Shown piece by piece: positions 19,784 through 29,811 of a stretch of 64,000 nucleotides of DNA. The notes below the pieces were generated by a model, which was given only the letters and a program-made list of their open reading frames with translations, had not been told where the DNA came from and did no database searches. Origin of the DNA: Thermoplasmatota archaeon (GTDB lineage Archaea > Thermoplasmatota > Penumbrarchaeia > Penumbrarchaeales > EX4484-36); contig JAOZQA010000003.1 of NCBI GenBank assembly GCA_029932465.1, positions 6,477 through 70,476 of the forward strand, given 5' to 3'. The position numbers were made by a program, and so were the translations under genes. Numbering within the stretch: the stretch's first letter is position 1; each line of letters begins with the position of its first letter.

Positions 19784-21568
19784 CTACTTTGAGCCTGAAT
19801 CCCCTCTCCTCCCCTCTAGGTCTTCAAGATAGGTCTTAAGCCGGCTTGCCACTTCCCGGGGGAGAGCGGCCCTTATGGATATCTCCTCTACTGAGGCTTC
19901 ACCGAGCTCTGCAAGGGAAGGGAACTCCTCAAGAAGCCTCTTAGCTCTCACCTCTCCTATCCCCTTCACCTCCTGGAGGAGGCTCTTCAGCTTCCCCCGT
20001 CTTCTTCGCAGATGGGAGACAGCGAACCTGTGTGCCTCATCCCTGACGGCCTCAAGGAGGAGAAGTCCCGGTGAGGATCGGGGAAGAAGGAGCTTCTCCC
20101 CCCTCTCAGTATATATAATCTCCTCCCTCTTGGCAAGGGCGACTACGGGTGGTCCTTTGAGGCCCATTGACTCCCTGGCCCTCACGGCGGCGGTAAGCTG
20201 TCCTATCCCGCCATCCACCAGAAGCAGGTCCGGAGGTCCTTCGCCTTCCCTGACCACCCTCTCAAGCCTCCTCCTAACCACCTCCTCCACCGCTGCGGGA
20301 TCGTTTATGCTTCTGCTCTCCTTGATCAGATACCTTCGGTAGAAGCTTCTAGCAGGTCTGCCGTCCAGAAAGACTACCAGGGACCCCACAGTGTCCAGTC
20401 CGCGGATATGGGAGATGTCCACCCCCTCAATCCTTAAAGGGGGTGAGGGTAGGGAGAGCACCTCCATGAGCTCCTTCAGCCCTCTCTCGGCAACCCGCGA
20501 GGGCAGGCGCCTTTCTCTAGCCTCCAGCGCTGCCCTTAAATTTCTCATGGCAAGGGCCCTTACCTCTCTGAACCTTTTGTCAACAGACTTGATCCTTACC
20601 TCTCTTTTTAACATCGCAGAGAGGGACCTTCCCAGCTCCTCCGCACCCTCCGGCAAGTGGGAGACTAAAATAAGTGGTGGCATTCCAGAGACCCTGGAGT
20701 AGTACTCCTCCAGGAAGGTCTCAATAGCAAGGCAGCCTTCCACCCCTTCTCTATTCAGGAAGAAGGGTTCAGCGCCAGCAACCCTGCCCCCCCTCACCTT
20801 GAGGAGGTAGACCGCTTCGCCTCCCTCCGACGCCTCTACGAGGTCAAAGTCCTTAACAGGGGCTGTTATGGAGGCGCCCTCGCTTATCCTCTCAATGCCT
20901 CTTATGACGTCCCTATAGTAAGCCGCCAGCTCAAACTTCTCCTCCTCCGATGCCCTCCGCATCTTTTCCCGAAGCTCTTTGAGCACACCTGCAGTGTCTC
21001 CGGAGAGGAACCTCTCAAGGTCCTTCACGTTCTTTGAGTACTCCTCCTCGTCGGCCTTCCCCGTGCACGGGGCGGTGCATCTACCTAGATGTGCTTCCAT
21101 ACAAGGCTTGTTTCTCCTGCGCAGAACCCAGCAGTTCCTCACAGGGAAGAGGGCCCTCAGATACCTGAGTGCTACCCGGAGGTCTTTCACACCGGAGTAG
21201 GGCCCGAAGAGCTTCCCTTGCCTTCCCTTGAACCCCCTCACGAGGAAGAGTCCAGGAAACCTCTGGTGGGTGGTCAGAAGGAGATAGGGGTAGGACTTGT
21301 CATCCTTCAGCTCCACGTTGAAGGGAGGTGTCATTTCCTTTATAAGGCGCTCCTCCAGAAGGGCGGCTTCCATCTCTCCCCGGGTGAGTATGCATTCAAC
21401 GCTGCTTGCCCGGCTACATAGCCTCCTCTCTTTCATGTCTGAGGATTTGAGGTGCTGGGAAACCCTGTTGCGTATATTTCTCGCCTTACCAACGTAGAGG
21501 GGGCGCCCACCCTCGTCTCTGAAAATGTATACCCCCGTGCCTGTGGGGAGCTCCCTGGGGTCTATCAT
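19784..21568 (-). CDS. uvrC: Excinuclease ABC subunit C
   Basis: GIY-YIG 'GVYIF...YVGKA.NIR.RV', Cys cluster, UVR domain 'FELAAYYRD', 'RIEGVDISH', 'PDLLLVDGG.GQL', 'RDEAHRFA' and HhH 'KGIG'. Start reassigned to ATG 21568 (MIDPRELP). Confidence 0.95.
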   Translation of the reverse strand: MIDPRELPTGTGVYIFRDEGGRPLYVGKARNIRNRVSQHLKSSDMKERRLCSRASSVECILTRGEMEAALLEERLIKEMTPPFNVELKDDKSYPYLLLTTHQRFPGLFLVRGFKGRQGKLFGPYSGVKDLRVALRYLRALFPVRNCWVLRRRNKPCMEAHLGRCTAPCTGKADEEEYSKNVKDLERFLSGDTAGVLKELREKMRRASEEEKFELAAYYRDVIRGIERISEGASITAPVKDFDLVEASEGGEAVYLLKVRGGRVAGAEPFFLNREGVEGCLAIETFLEEYYSRVSGMPPLILVSHLPEGAEELGRSLSAMLKREVRIKSVDKRFREVRALAMRNLRAALEARERRLPSRVAERGLKELMEVLSLPSPPLRIEGVDISHIRGLDTVGSLVVFLDGRPARSFYRRYLIKESRSINDPAAVEEVVRRRLERVVREGEGPPDLLLVDGGIGQLTAAVRARESMGLKGPPVVALAKREEIIYTERGEKLLLPRSSPGLLLLEAVRDEAHRFAVSHLRRRRGKLKSLLQEVKGIGEVRAKRLLEEFPSLAELGEASVEEISIRAALPREVASRLKTYLEDLEGRRGDSGSK

Positions 21569-21612
21569 CAATCTATACAAAGAGGGGGGATATATAACGG
21601 ATTTGGAGTCCC

Positions 21613-21900
21613 TCATAGGATCTTCTCCAGGTGGTAGCGGGGCCTTTCTATATGAGTGGAGCCGCATTCGGGACATCGGGAAATGTAGTGCAGCCCCCGG
21701 GGGTGGGTCCTTCTGCCGCACTTATAACAGACGATCTGGGTTGTGCGTAGGTGATATCCCTTCACCTTGAGCGAGTGAAGCAGGTGCTTTAAGTCTTCGA
21801 CGATTATGGAGGGCCTAACCCCGAAGGTCTTCGCCAGCTCTGGAACGCTGTAATATCCCTCAAGGAGCAGCTCTTCTATTTTCTCCCTGCGCGTGGTCAT
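21613..21900 (-). CDS. HTH + Zn-ribbon transcriptional regulator (COG3357-like)
   Basis: 'TRREKIEELL...EDLKHL..SLK' followed by CYKCG...CPECGS..IE.P. Confidence 0.85.
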   Translation of the reverse strand: MTTRREKIEELLLEGYYSVPELAKTFGVRPSIIVEDLKHLLHSLKVKGYHLRTTQIVCYKCGRRTHPRGLHYISRCPECGSTHIERPRYHLEKIL

Positions 21901-21934
21901 TGTACTTACCCCAAAGGTGCAGAATGAGAAGAAG

Positions 21935-22044
21935 TGGTCCCGGCTCCCGGATTTGAACCGGGGATCTGAGGATCTCTGCGGGGGTCGGGACTGGCCCGAA
22001 GCCTTCTACAGTCCCCCGCTCTAGCCAGACTAAGCTAAGCCGGG
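21935..22044 (-). tRNA. tRNA-Tyr(GTA) with a 32-nt canonical (37/38) intron at 21974-22005 and encoded CCA
   Basis: Minus strand: acceptor CCCGGCT/AGCCGGG-ACCA, D-arm GCTT/GAGC, anticodon stem GGGGA/TCCTC with CT-GTA-G|intron|A, T-arm CCCGG-TTCAAAT-CCGGG. Bulge-helix pairing CTGT/GCAG with AGA bulges. Confidence 0.95.
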
Positions 22045-22152
22045 ACGTGTTTTCCTTATTATCACCCCTTATTTATCCTTTTTTATTTCCTTTATAAATT
22101 TTTCATCGAAAACTACAAAGGGGTGGAGAAGAGGGAGAAAACTTTAACCCGT

Positions 22153-22692
22153 ATGACCCTTTCCCCCTCTGTGTACGTGCTGGACACCTCCGTAATACTC
22201 ACATACTCCGGCGCACTGGGTGCGCTCCTTAAGGAAGGCGTAGCTATTCCCCCATCGGTGCTTGATGAGGTTCAGTTTGAGCCCCAGCGAAGTCGCCTCA
22301 GGGAGCTTGTAGAGGCGGGGGCAGAGGTCATCCCCCCCGCAGAGGAGGCGATCAAAAAGGTCAGGGAGACCGCCCGAGCTGCGGGAGAGCACCAGATGAG
22401 CGAAGCAGACATCAAGGTCGTGGCACTTGCACTCCAGCTCGGCGCCACCCTCTTGACTGAGGACTACTCCGTACAGAATGTGGCCCAGCTTCTAGGAGTT
22501 CCCTGGAGATGTCTCACAACCAGAGGTATAAGGAAGGTTTATATCTGGGGGGTGAAGTGTGTGGACTGTGGTAGAGTCTTTGAAAAACCCCCTGGAGAGG
22601 TCTGCTCTATTTGCGGGGGAAGACTCAGGCGCTGGAGGCTCAAAGCTAAGGGAAAGCTTAATTTCAATAAAGAGTTACACCAGAGTGGATAA
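22153..22692 (+). CDS. nob1: Nob1-family PIN endoribonuclease with Zn ribbon (start may be 22123, 22153 or 22171)
   Basis: 'YVLDTS', 'V.DEV', 'MSEADIKVVALAL', 'TEDYSVQNVA..LG' and C..CG...C..CG. Confidence 0.9.
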   Translation: MTLSPSVYVLDTSVILTYSGALGALLKEGVAIPPSVLDEVQFEPQRSRLRELVEAGAEVIPPAEEAIKKVRETARAAGEHQMSEADIKVVALALQLGATLLTEDYSVQNVAQLLGVPWRCLTTRGIRKVYIWGVKCVDCGRVFEKPPGEVCSICGGRLRRWRLKAKGKLNFNKELHQSG

Positions 22693-22708
22693 AACTGGAA
22701 GTGATCCC

Positions 22709-23302
22709 ATGGTGAAGAAGGCATCCATGGCTGTTGCAGCTCTGATCGTTGTGGCAATCCTTGCAGTAGCCGGCTGCGGTGAAAAGGAAGTAAAAAGAAT
22801 AAGGCAGGAGGAGGAAGGGGTAGGGGAGACTCTCACTTTCGATGGGCATCTTGACAACCCCGAGTGGGGCGGGGCCCAGAGGACGCAGGACGTCTATGAA
22901 ATAGACTTCGCCCAAGAGGCCAACGTGACCGAGGGCAGGGAGGTGCAGCTAACCAGGCTCACCGTCAACCTCAGGTGGGTAGATGACCATTCGGGGACGG
23001 ACTCCCAGGACGTCACCGACCCCTTCATGGTAAATATCACTGTAGGGAACGTTACCGTTTCCTCTGGCTTCCGCGACACGGGTCAGATTACCTTGACGCT
23101 TCCCAATAATCAGGTCACTGATAAAATGCTCGCAGAGAACACCACGGTACAGATAACGGTTTACATAGGTGACTGCGGCACCTATGCAGCGCCGCCGTTC
23201 ATCTTCGGCAGGCTTGTGCGTTACTACGATACGGGGAACGATTACACAATGACCGTTGACTATTCTTACCTTGAGGTCTGGTACGAGACTAAGAACGCCT
23301 GA
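22709..23302 (+). CDS. Hypothetical lipoprotein
   Basis: MVKK + hydrophobic stretch + lipobox VAG|C. Beta-rich body sharing motifs with the C-terminal domain of the MFS protein at 41374-43197. Confidence 0.75.
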   Translation: MVKKASMAVAALIVVAILAVAGCGEKEVKRIRQEEEGVGETLTFDGHLDNPEWGGAQRTQDVYEIDFAQEANVTEGREVQLTRLTVNLRWVDDHSGTDSQDVTDPFMVNITVGNVTVSSGFRDTGQITLTLPNNQVTDKMLAENTTVQITVYIGDCGTYAAPPFIFGRLVRYYDTGNDYTMTVDYSYLEVWYETKNA

Positions 23303-23320
23303 AGGGAGCTGGGATGTCCA

Positions 23321-24691
23321 TCAGAGTAGCTCCTTGAGGGTCACCACTGGGAGTCCCCCCTCTCTGTCAATGGTGGGCACCATGACCCCCGTTGGGGGTT
23401 TCACACCGTAGAAGAGGGGTGTATTGTCAATCAGCCTGTATTTGAAGACGATGTCTGAGAAGTTGGCAACGGCCCCGGCCAAACTCAGATCCGGGCGCGC
23501 AATGGAGATGCCGAGGTAACCTCGACTTCTGATAAATACCCTGGTCCGCAGGAGGTCTTGGGGGGTGGCCGTGGTTCCCATTCGGTACTCCAGGGTGTCC
23601 AGTCCAACAAGGTCCATAAGGGGTCTTGAGTACCCCTGGGTGAGCTCTTCAAGCTCTGTTCTGTAGAGCTTCTGCGAACTCCTATCTGTCATGGGGATTA
23701 CCAGGGGATTGCCCGGGGAGGCCCTGAAGTAGTCCACGAACCTGACGTGCTCCTCTAATATACCCTCGGGGAGAAATCTGCTCAAGTCGCTGTAGATGCT
23801 CTCTGGGGTCTCCCCCCCAGGGGGCGTTATGAAGACAACACCGTCGTTCTGGATGAAGTTTAGGATAATGGGGCGCAGGATAAGCATAAGCATCTCTTCG
23901 CTGACCTCGAAGGAGGCCTCTATCATTATATACTGGCCCCTTTTGAACCCGCCGTTTAAAATATCATCGAGCTTTGGTATCCCGCTGGAGTAGCGGTTGG
24001 GAGGGTGGGGTGTTTTCTTCCACATTATCTGTTCCTCTGGCTTGAGAACAGGCATCTCAGAGAACACGCGGAAGTTTCCGCCCCGCAAACTGAAGAGATA
24101 CTTTCTCCTGCCTATTTCCACTCCCCTCATTTTAATGATCTCAAGCTCCCTTACCTTTCTCCCGTCAACTTCAGTGTGACCCAGACTAACTATACCTCCT
24201 ACAAGAGGGTCGAGGAAGGATTCTCTCGAGGTCTCCTCCACGATGATGAGGGAGAGATTCTCCCTCTGGACAACATCAAGGGTGGCCCTCACCATCCTTG
24301 AAGGGTTCTCGAACCTCTCAAGGAGGCTGTCAATAGTATCTATCATCACCACCTTCGGTTTAAAATCGCTTTTTACAAGGTCAGTGAACTCCCTCAAAAA
24401 CCAGTTGGGGTCAGTTATCTTAGAGTTCTTGTCAAAGAGCTTCGCCTGCTCCCTTAGCGGGGACCCCTCCTTCAGATGGGGGAATTGAAGGGAGAGCTGG
24501 TCCTCCTCCACCCGGGTGAAGAGCATGACGCCTCTCTCATCTTTTGTAAGTTGTCTCACTATCTCGATTGCTAGGAGGGTCTTTCCCGTTCCCGTGCCTC
24601 CCTTAAGGAGAAGGACCTCTCCTGTGTGCGTTCGGAAGAACTGCTCTATTTCCACAGGTACATTCTGCACGACCGGATAAGCTTCTTTCAT
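23321..24691 (-). CDS. KaiC/RAD55-like (GvpD-type) P-loop ATPase with two RecA-like domains, the second degenerate
   Basis: Walker A GGTGTGKT, Walker B VMIDT and 'R.LEI.KMRG'. Second domain begins 'SSGIPKLDDILNGG' but has no Walker A. Confidence 0.8.
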   Translation of the reverse strand: MKEAYPVVQNVPVEIEQFFRTHTGEVLLLKGGTGTGKTLLAIEIVRQLTKDERGVMLFTRVEEDQLSLQFPHLKEGSPLREQAKLFDKNSKITDPNWFLREFTDLVKSDFKPKVVMIDTIDSLLERFENPSRMVRATLDVVQRENLSLIIVEETSRESFLDPLVGGIVSLGHTEVDGRKVRELEIIKMRGVEIGRRKYLFSLRGGNFRVFSEMPVLKPEEQIMWKKTPHPPNRYSSGIPKLDDILNGGFKRGQYIMIEASFEVSEEMLMLILRPIILNFIQNDGVVFITPPGGETPESIYSDLSRFLPEGILEEHVRFVDYFRASPGNPLVIPMTDRSSQKLYRTELEELTQGYSRPLMDLVGLDTLEYRMGTTATPQDLLRTRVFIRSRGYLGISIARPDLSLAGAVANFSDIVFKYRLIDNTPLFYGVKPPTGVMVPTIDREGGLPVVTLKELL

Positions 24692-24775
24692 CTTCAGACC
24701 TCTTCAATCATATGGAAAAACTTTATTAAAAAGTTTCAGAATGATTATCGCATAAAAAGAAAAAGTGGTGTGAAG

Positions 24776-24973
24776 ATGGACTATAGGGATATGGAGGAGG
24801 CACTCAAAAAGGTCAGTATTTTTGGGGAGGGGATGTTGAAAAGCAAAGCACTTGACGAGATGGTCTACCTCTCCCTGGTAGACCTCCTAGTCAGAGGTGT
24901 TATGATATATGATCCCGATGAGGACACCTTTGTTCTGAGGGGGTCAGAAGATGAGCCCTGCCACGAGGTATAG
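24776..24973 (+). CDS. Small hypothetical protein (65 aa), possibly winged-helix-like
   Basis: GGTGTGA SD-like sequence before the ATG and plausible composition ('LVDLLVRGVMIYDPDEDTFVL'). 3' end overlaps the OPT gene by 30 nt. Confidence 0.45.
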   Translation: MDYRDMEEALKKVSIFGEGMLKSKALDEMVYLSLVDLLVRGVMIYDPDEDTFVLRGSEDEPCHEV

Positions 24974-27034
24974 GGCCACCAGCGTTCCCATTATCGCCTC
25001 ACCCACTATGAGTCCCGTGGCCATCATATAGGTGTCGAGAAGCTTGAGAGTCTTCATCCTCTCATCCCCGCCGTAGCGGGGCTCAAGGACATATTTCTCC
25101 CATGAACTCCTCCATAAACCACCCACAAGTAGCGGGACTTGGAGTCCCAGAGGGAGGTACATCCCCAGGCCAAAGGCGGTCCCCATACCTATAGCAAGTT
25201 CTATCAAAACCCCCACCACGATCCCCGCTGCAAATATGTTCCAGTCAACGGCCCCCACCACAAGCCCTTTTGCGAAGACTACGAAGGCGTGGGCCTGGGG
25301 GGCTGGCAGGTTGAGCTCTCCTTTTGCAAGGCCATAGGAGAGGAAGGCGGCGGAAAGACCTGAAACTATAGCCCCTGGTATGATTCCGGGGGTTAAGCCT
25401 CTCACCAGGTCGTGGGGCCTATTCCCGCAGTAGAGCCCATTCTTGAAATTGAGGATGGTGTCCCCGGACATGGAAATGGCTCCGCCGAAGACGGTGGTCC
25501 CTATGAGGGACATTATGAGGAGTTCACTCCTGCTCATCCCAAAGAGCTTGAAGGTGAGTATAAGGATAATAAGTACCAGAAAGGACGTAGCTGAGACGGG
25601 TTCGGTTCCTGTCTCTCCCATGACCTTGACCGCTATAGCGCCCAGAATGAAGGTGAGGCTGATCAGCAAAATGGCGAAGACGAGGGAGGCGAAAAAGGGG
25701 AAGCCGCCTGCCCAGAATACCATAAAGACGATGAGAAGCGTCACCACTAACATGACCTTGATGTGCTCCGCCGGCCACTCGTACCAACCCTTCCTGGGGA
25801 TATACGAGGCCCTAGCCCCCTCCCCGGAGCTCTCAACCTTTCTGAGGTCGGCAAAGACCGTTTTGAAGACGGGTATCATCTTCAGAAGTGCTGTCATCCC
25901 TCCCCCGAATATGGTACCTATAGCCATTATCCTGGCTAGCTGGTATGCCGCAAGGGCTGGGGAGGTGGGGACTCCCTCATAAGGAGTGCCCGCAAGGAGT
26001 CCTCTCTGTGCGAGTGGCCAGAACATACTCATGTCCGCAACGTCGAATACCTCCCCCGTGTTGAAGTATATGTACGGAATGTGGCTGGCCACTGCGAGGG
26101 GGACTACGAAGAACCACGTGAACATTGTACCTAGGAATATTAGAAAAGCTGTCCTCGCCTTCATGAACCAGCCTAGCCCAAATTGGATGGGTATGAGGCT
26201 TATAGAGGCGACGGTGTATTTTGCAGGCTCCGGGGTGAATATGATGTCCCCGGCAGCGTAGTGAGGACCACCGAAGAGGTGGTCCAGGATAGAGCGTCCT
26301 TTGATGATGGGAAAGTCTCTGAAGAAAGTGAAGAGAGCGGTAGCAGTAATCCAGGAGACCGTCATTTTGAAGGAGCGCTTGGCCTGTTCCCCTGCTTCGG
26401 AGGAGACCACCCTGGAGAGGTCCAGCATCTTCACGGTGGCCTCGAAGCCGGGGGTGGGCAGGGGATCCTCCACAAGCCAGATTCTGCGGAAAACGATAAA
26501 GTACATGACCCCCAGGATGCCCGAGACCATGGTGGAGAGGATGGATATGGTAAGTATTCTTGTCATAGGCAGATGGGTTATGAGGGGGGAGCCCCCCACG
26601 TATTCTGACGGGTCATAGGCGAGAATAAATATGGCGGGGAAGGTGAAGACGAAGCCAGTGCAGATCATCGCTGCGCCATTGGAGGCGGTGGCAGCCACGT
26701 TGAGGGTGGGCGGGTTCCATCTCCACGCCATCCCTAGGATGTAGATGATGTACCAGGAGCCCGCCACTACCATCCCCACTTTGAGCCCTACATACTGGTT
26801 TATCAGGGCGAAGAGTGTACCGATAGCTATGGCAATCCAAATCTTTTTCCAGTCCCATGCCGGGATGTCAAAGGCTTCTCTGCGGTTTTTCTCGTCGAGA
26901 TACTGTTCCAGGGCCCCGGTGTTAAAATTAGCGAACATCTCGGGGTCGAACCAGTTTAGGGTCCCCTCCTCGATCTTACGTATGCCAGAAGGAGTGAGCG
27001 GTTGACGGTAGATGGATCTCTTAACCCTAGCCAT
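24944..27034 (-). CDS. OPT/YSL family oligopeptide transporter
   Basis: 'NQYVGLKVG', 'FTFPA', 'LP.PG..AT', 'GETG.EP.S', 'LPAPQA' and 'FGLGMYLP'; many TM helices. Confidence 0.9.
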   Translation of the reverse strand: MARVKRSIYRQPLTPSGIRKIEEGTLNWFDPEMFANFNTGALEQYLDEKNRREAFDIPAWDWKKIWIAIAIGTLFALINQYVGLKVGMVVAGSWYIIYILGMAWRWNPPTLNVAATASNGAAMICTGFVFTFPAIFILAYDPSEYVGGSPLITHLPMTRILTISILSTMVSGILGVMYFIVFRRIWLVEDPLPTPGFEATVKMLDLSRVVSSEAGEQAKRSFKMTVSWITATALFTFFRDFPIIKGRSILDHLFGGPHYAAGDIIFTPEPAKYTVASISLIPIQFGLGWFMKARTAFLIFLGTMFTWFFVVPLAVASHIPYIYFNTGEVFDVADMSMFWPLAQRGLLAGTPYEGVPTSPALAAYQLARIMAIGTIFGGGMTALLKMIPVFKTVFADLRKVESSGEGARASYIPRKGWYEWPAEHIKVMLVVTLLIVFMVFWAGGFPFFASLVFAILLISLTFILGAIAVKVMGETGTEPVSATSFLVLIILILTFKLFGMSRSELLIMSLIGTTVFGGAISMSGDTILNFKNGLYCGNRPHDLVRGLTPGIIPGAIVSGLSAAFLSYGLAKGELNLPAPQAHAFVVFAKGLVVGAVDWNIFAAGIVVGVLIELAIGMGTAFGLGMYLPLGLQVPLLVGGLWRSSWEKYVLEPRYGGDERMKTLKLLDTYMMATGLIVGEAIMGTLVALYLVAGLIF

Positions 27035-27199
27035 GAGACCACCGATTAAAAAGGAGTTCAGGCTTTTGGATTGCATCTATTTACTTAAACCTTTGTGAAT
27101 CCTCTCTAAAGCGGCTTGATTCTTGCGGCGAGGTGTAGGTTAAAATTAAGTATTCTGCCCCTTTAAAGTGTAGCGAGACAAAAAATCGGGGGAAGTTCA

Positions 27200-27463
27200 A
27201 TGTACTGGGCAGATATCCGCGTTGGTTTCAAAAAGGGAGTTACGGACCCAGAAGGGGCGAACACCGCCAAGGCGCTGAGGCTGCTGGGCTTCGAAGAGGT
27301 TGAAGAAGTGAAGTTCTCCAAGTTCTACTCAGTGAAGCTGAAGGTTGAAAGTGAGGAGAGGGCAAGGGAGCTTGCTGAGAGGATGTGCGAGAAGCTCCTT
27401 TCAAACCCAGTCATCAATTTCTATGAGATCACAATACGGGAGGAGAAGGAGGAGGTTCCGTGA
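27200..27463 (+). CDS. purS: Phosphoribosylformylglycinamidine synthase subunit PurS
   Basis: 'KKGVTDPEG', '[11 protein letters not shown]'; first gene of the purSLQ cluster. Confidence 0.95.
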   Translation: MYWADIRVGFKKGVTDPEGANTAKALRLLGFEEVEEVKFSKFYSVKLKVESEERARELAERMCEKLLSNPVINFYEITIREEKEEVP

Positions 27464-29811
27464 GGTTCAGGAAGCTCTACCCAGATGTTGAGGTCTACGA
27501 GATCCCCATAACGGAGATGGGGGATGAGGAGCTCAAAGAGGTTAGTGCGGAGATGAGCCTTGGCCTTTCATTGAAGGAGATGAAGAACATCGCAAGTTTC
27601 TTTCGTGAACGGGAGGGCAGAAACCCCACAGACATCGAACTGCAGGCCCTAGGGCAGGCGTGGTCCGAGCACTGCTGTTATAAGAGTTCCAAGGCGATAC
27701 TTAAGGCTACCATATTTGGGATTGAGGCTCCCCAGGCCATACTTGCAGTGAAGGAGGACGCAGGGGTGGTGGAGTTTGATGATGAGTGGGCATACGTGAC
27801 AGCCCTTGAATCCCACAACCATCCATCGGCTATAGTGCCCTACGGCGGCGCTGCCACGGGCGTGGGTGGGATTCTGAGAGATGTTCTCTGTATGGGCGCA
27901 CAGCCCATAGCTCTCACTGACCCGCTCTTTTTTGGTCCCCTTGACTATCCTTCGAATAGGCTTCCCCGGGGTGTGAAGCACCCCAAATACATAACCGCCG
28001 GGGTTGTAGCTGGAATCAGGGATTACGGAAACCGCGTTGGTATACCCACCGTGGCCGGGATGGTTGCCTTCCACCCCGGATACGTCGGCAACCCCCTGGT
28101 GAACGTGGGATGCATAGGTATGGTGAGAAAGAAGAAGATTGTCAGATCAAGGGTGGGGGGTGTGGGGGATTATTTCGTCCTGGCGGGAGGAAGGACGGGA
28201 AGGGATGGCATCCACGGGGTGACCTTTGCCTCCGCCGACTTGACGGGGGAGTCGGAGGAGAGGGATGTAGGTGCGGTACAGCTGGGTGACCCGATAGTCA
28301 AGGAGCCCCTGATGCATGCGGTGCTTGATATAAATGAGAAGGGACTGATAACCGGTATGAAGGATCTAGGCGGGGGAGGACTCTCTTGCGTCTCTGGAGA
28401 GATGGCGCTGGCTGCAGGGCTTGGGGCCGAGATAGAGCTGGACAAGGTCCTTCTCAAAGAGGAAAACATGGCCCCCTGGGAGATATGGGTCTCGGAGTCT
28501 CAAGAGAGGATGATGGTGACGACGAAGGAGGGCAACCTAGCCAAGGTTTTAGATATCTTCTCCAGCTGGGACGTGGAGGCCACTGTGATCGGGAGGGCTA
28601 CAGAAGGCAAGCGCATCCGGGTCTTCTGGAAGGGTAAGAAGATCTTGGATATGGACCTGGAGTTCCAGACCCGGGGTCCGCTCTACTGCAGACCTTATCT
28701 GGCGGTTTATAAGGAGAGGCGAGCAGAGGACCAGCTGCCCCCCATGCCAGAGGATCTCAACAATGTCTTTCTCCAGATGCTTGAGGACCCCAACCTGGCC
28801 AGTAAGGAATGGGTCGTGAGGCAGTACGACCATGAGGTTAGGGGAAGGACGATATTAAAACCCCTTCAGGGGGATGTGGTGAGGGTTACCCACGGGGACG
28901 CCTCAGTCCTGAAGCCCCTTGAGGACTCCTATAGGGGGCTGGCACTTACCACGGACGTGAACCCCTACCTCTGCGAGAGGGACCCCTACTGGGGAGCGGC
29001 CTCAGCGGTGGACGAGGCCGTTAGGAACCTTGTGTCCGTGGGCGCAAGGCCCCACTCTTTTAACGACTGTCTTAACTTCGGAAACCCTGAGAAGCCCGAA
29101 AGGCTGGGGGACCTTCGTGAGGCGGCTAGAGGTCTTGCCCACGTAGCAAGGGCCTTGGGGATACCCTTTGTCTCGGGTAATGTTTCCCTCTACAACGAAT
29201 CCGAGGTCGGGGCCGTGCCTCCCACACCTACAATCTTTGCCGTCGGCATCGTGGAGGATGTGCGACGGGCTACCACAGCGGACTTCAAGGAGGAGGGAAA
29301 CCTCATTTACTTGGTGGGCAGAACCCATCAGGAGATGGGGGGCTCCTTATATTACAGGATCCTAGGTTGGGAGGGGGGAGTGGTTCCCCAAGTGGACACG
29401 GATCTCCTGAGAAGATCAACGGAGGCCCTGCTGGAACTCAACCGCCTTGAACTCTTAAGGGCGGTCCACGACCTATCGGAAGGAGGGCTTGCCGCCGCCG
29501 CTGCTGAAATGGCCTTTGGAGGAGGCGTAGGAGTTCAGCTTGACCTCTCTGTTATTGAGGGGGGGAGGGATGATGTTATTCTCTTCTCCGAGTCCAACAC
29601 ACGCTGGCTCCTTGAGGTTCAGCCGGAGGGGACCGAGGGGCTGGAAGAACTTCTCACAAAACATGGCGTCCCGTTCATGAGGATAGGAAGCGTGGGAGGT
29701 GAGGAGCTTCTCTTTACCCGGGGTGGGAGGGAGCTTATGAGGGTTCCACTGGAAGAGGCTTGGCAGAGGTGGCACAGCTCAATATACCGACTCGTGGGGG
29801 TGGGAGAGTGA
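27460..29811 (+). CDS. purL: Phosphoribosylformylglycinamidine synthase subunit PurL
   Basis: [42 protein letters not shown] and QYDHEV. Confidence 0.97.
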   Translation: MRFRKLYPDVEVYEIPITEMGDEELKEVSAEMSLGLSLKEMKNIASFFREREGRNPTDIELQALGQAWSEHCCYKSSKAILKATIFGIEAPQAILAVKEDAGVVEFDDEWAYVTALESHNHPSAIVPYGGAATGVGGILRDVLCMGAQPIALTDPLFFGPLDYPSNRLPRGVKHPKYITAGVVAGIRDYGNRVGIPTVAGMVAFHPGYVGNPLVNVGCIGMVRKKKIVRSRVGGVGDYFVLAGGRTGRDGIHGVTFASADLTGESEERDVGAVQLGDPIVKEPLMHAVLDINEKGLITGMKDLGGGGLSCVSGEMALAAGLGAEIELDKVLLKEENMAPWEIWVSESQERMMVTTKEGNLAKVLDIFSSWDVEATVIGRATEGKRIRVFWKGKKILDMDLEFQTRGPLYCRPYLAVYKERRAEDQLPPMPEDLNNVFLQMLEDPNLASKEWVVRQYDHEVRGRTILKPLQGDVVRVTHGDASVLKPLEDSYRGLALTTDVNPYLCERDPYWGAASAVDEAVRNLVSVGARPHSFNDCLNFGNPEKPERLGDLREAARGLAHVARALGIPFVSGNVSLYNESEVGAVPPTPTIFAVGIVEDVRRATTADFKEEGNLIYLVGRTHQEMGGSLYYRILGWEGGVVPQVDTDLLRRSTEALLELNRLELLRAVHDLSEGGLAAAAAEMAFGGGVGVQLDLSVIEGGRDDVILFSESNTRWLLEVQPEGTEGLEELLTKHGVPFMRIGSVGGEELLFTRGGRELMRVPLEEAWQRWHSSIYRLVGVGE

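Noticed and set aside
21569-21721. N-terminal extension of uvrC overlapping the COG3357 gene
   Set aside because: UvrC similarity starts at MIDPRELP (21568); the extension is an ORF-caller artefact.
21901-22120. tRNA-Tyr as an integration site
   Set aside because: No integrase nearby, no duplicated tRNA 3' end noticed, and the flanks are housekeeping genes.
22559-22708. Longer start for the lipoprotein, overlapping nob1
   Set aside because: The signal peptide and lipobox begin at ATG 22709.
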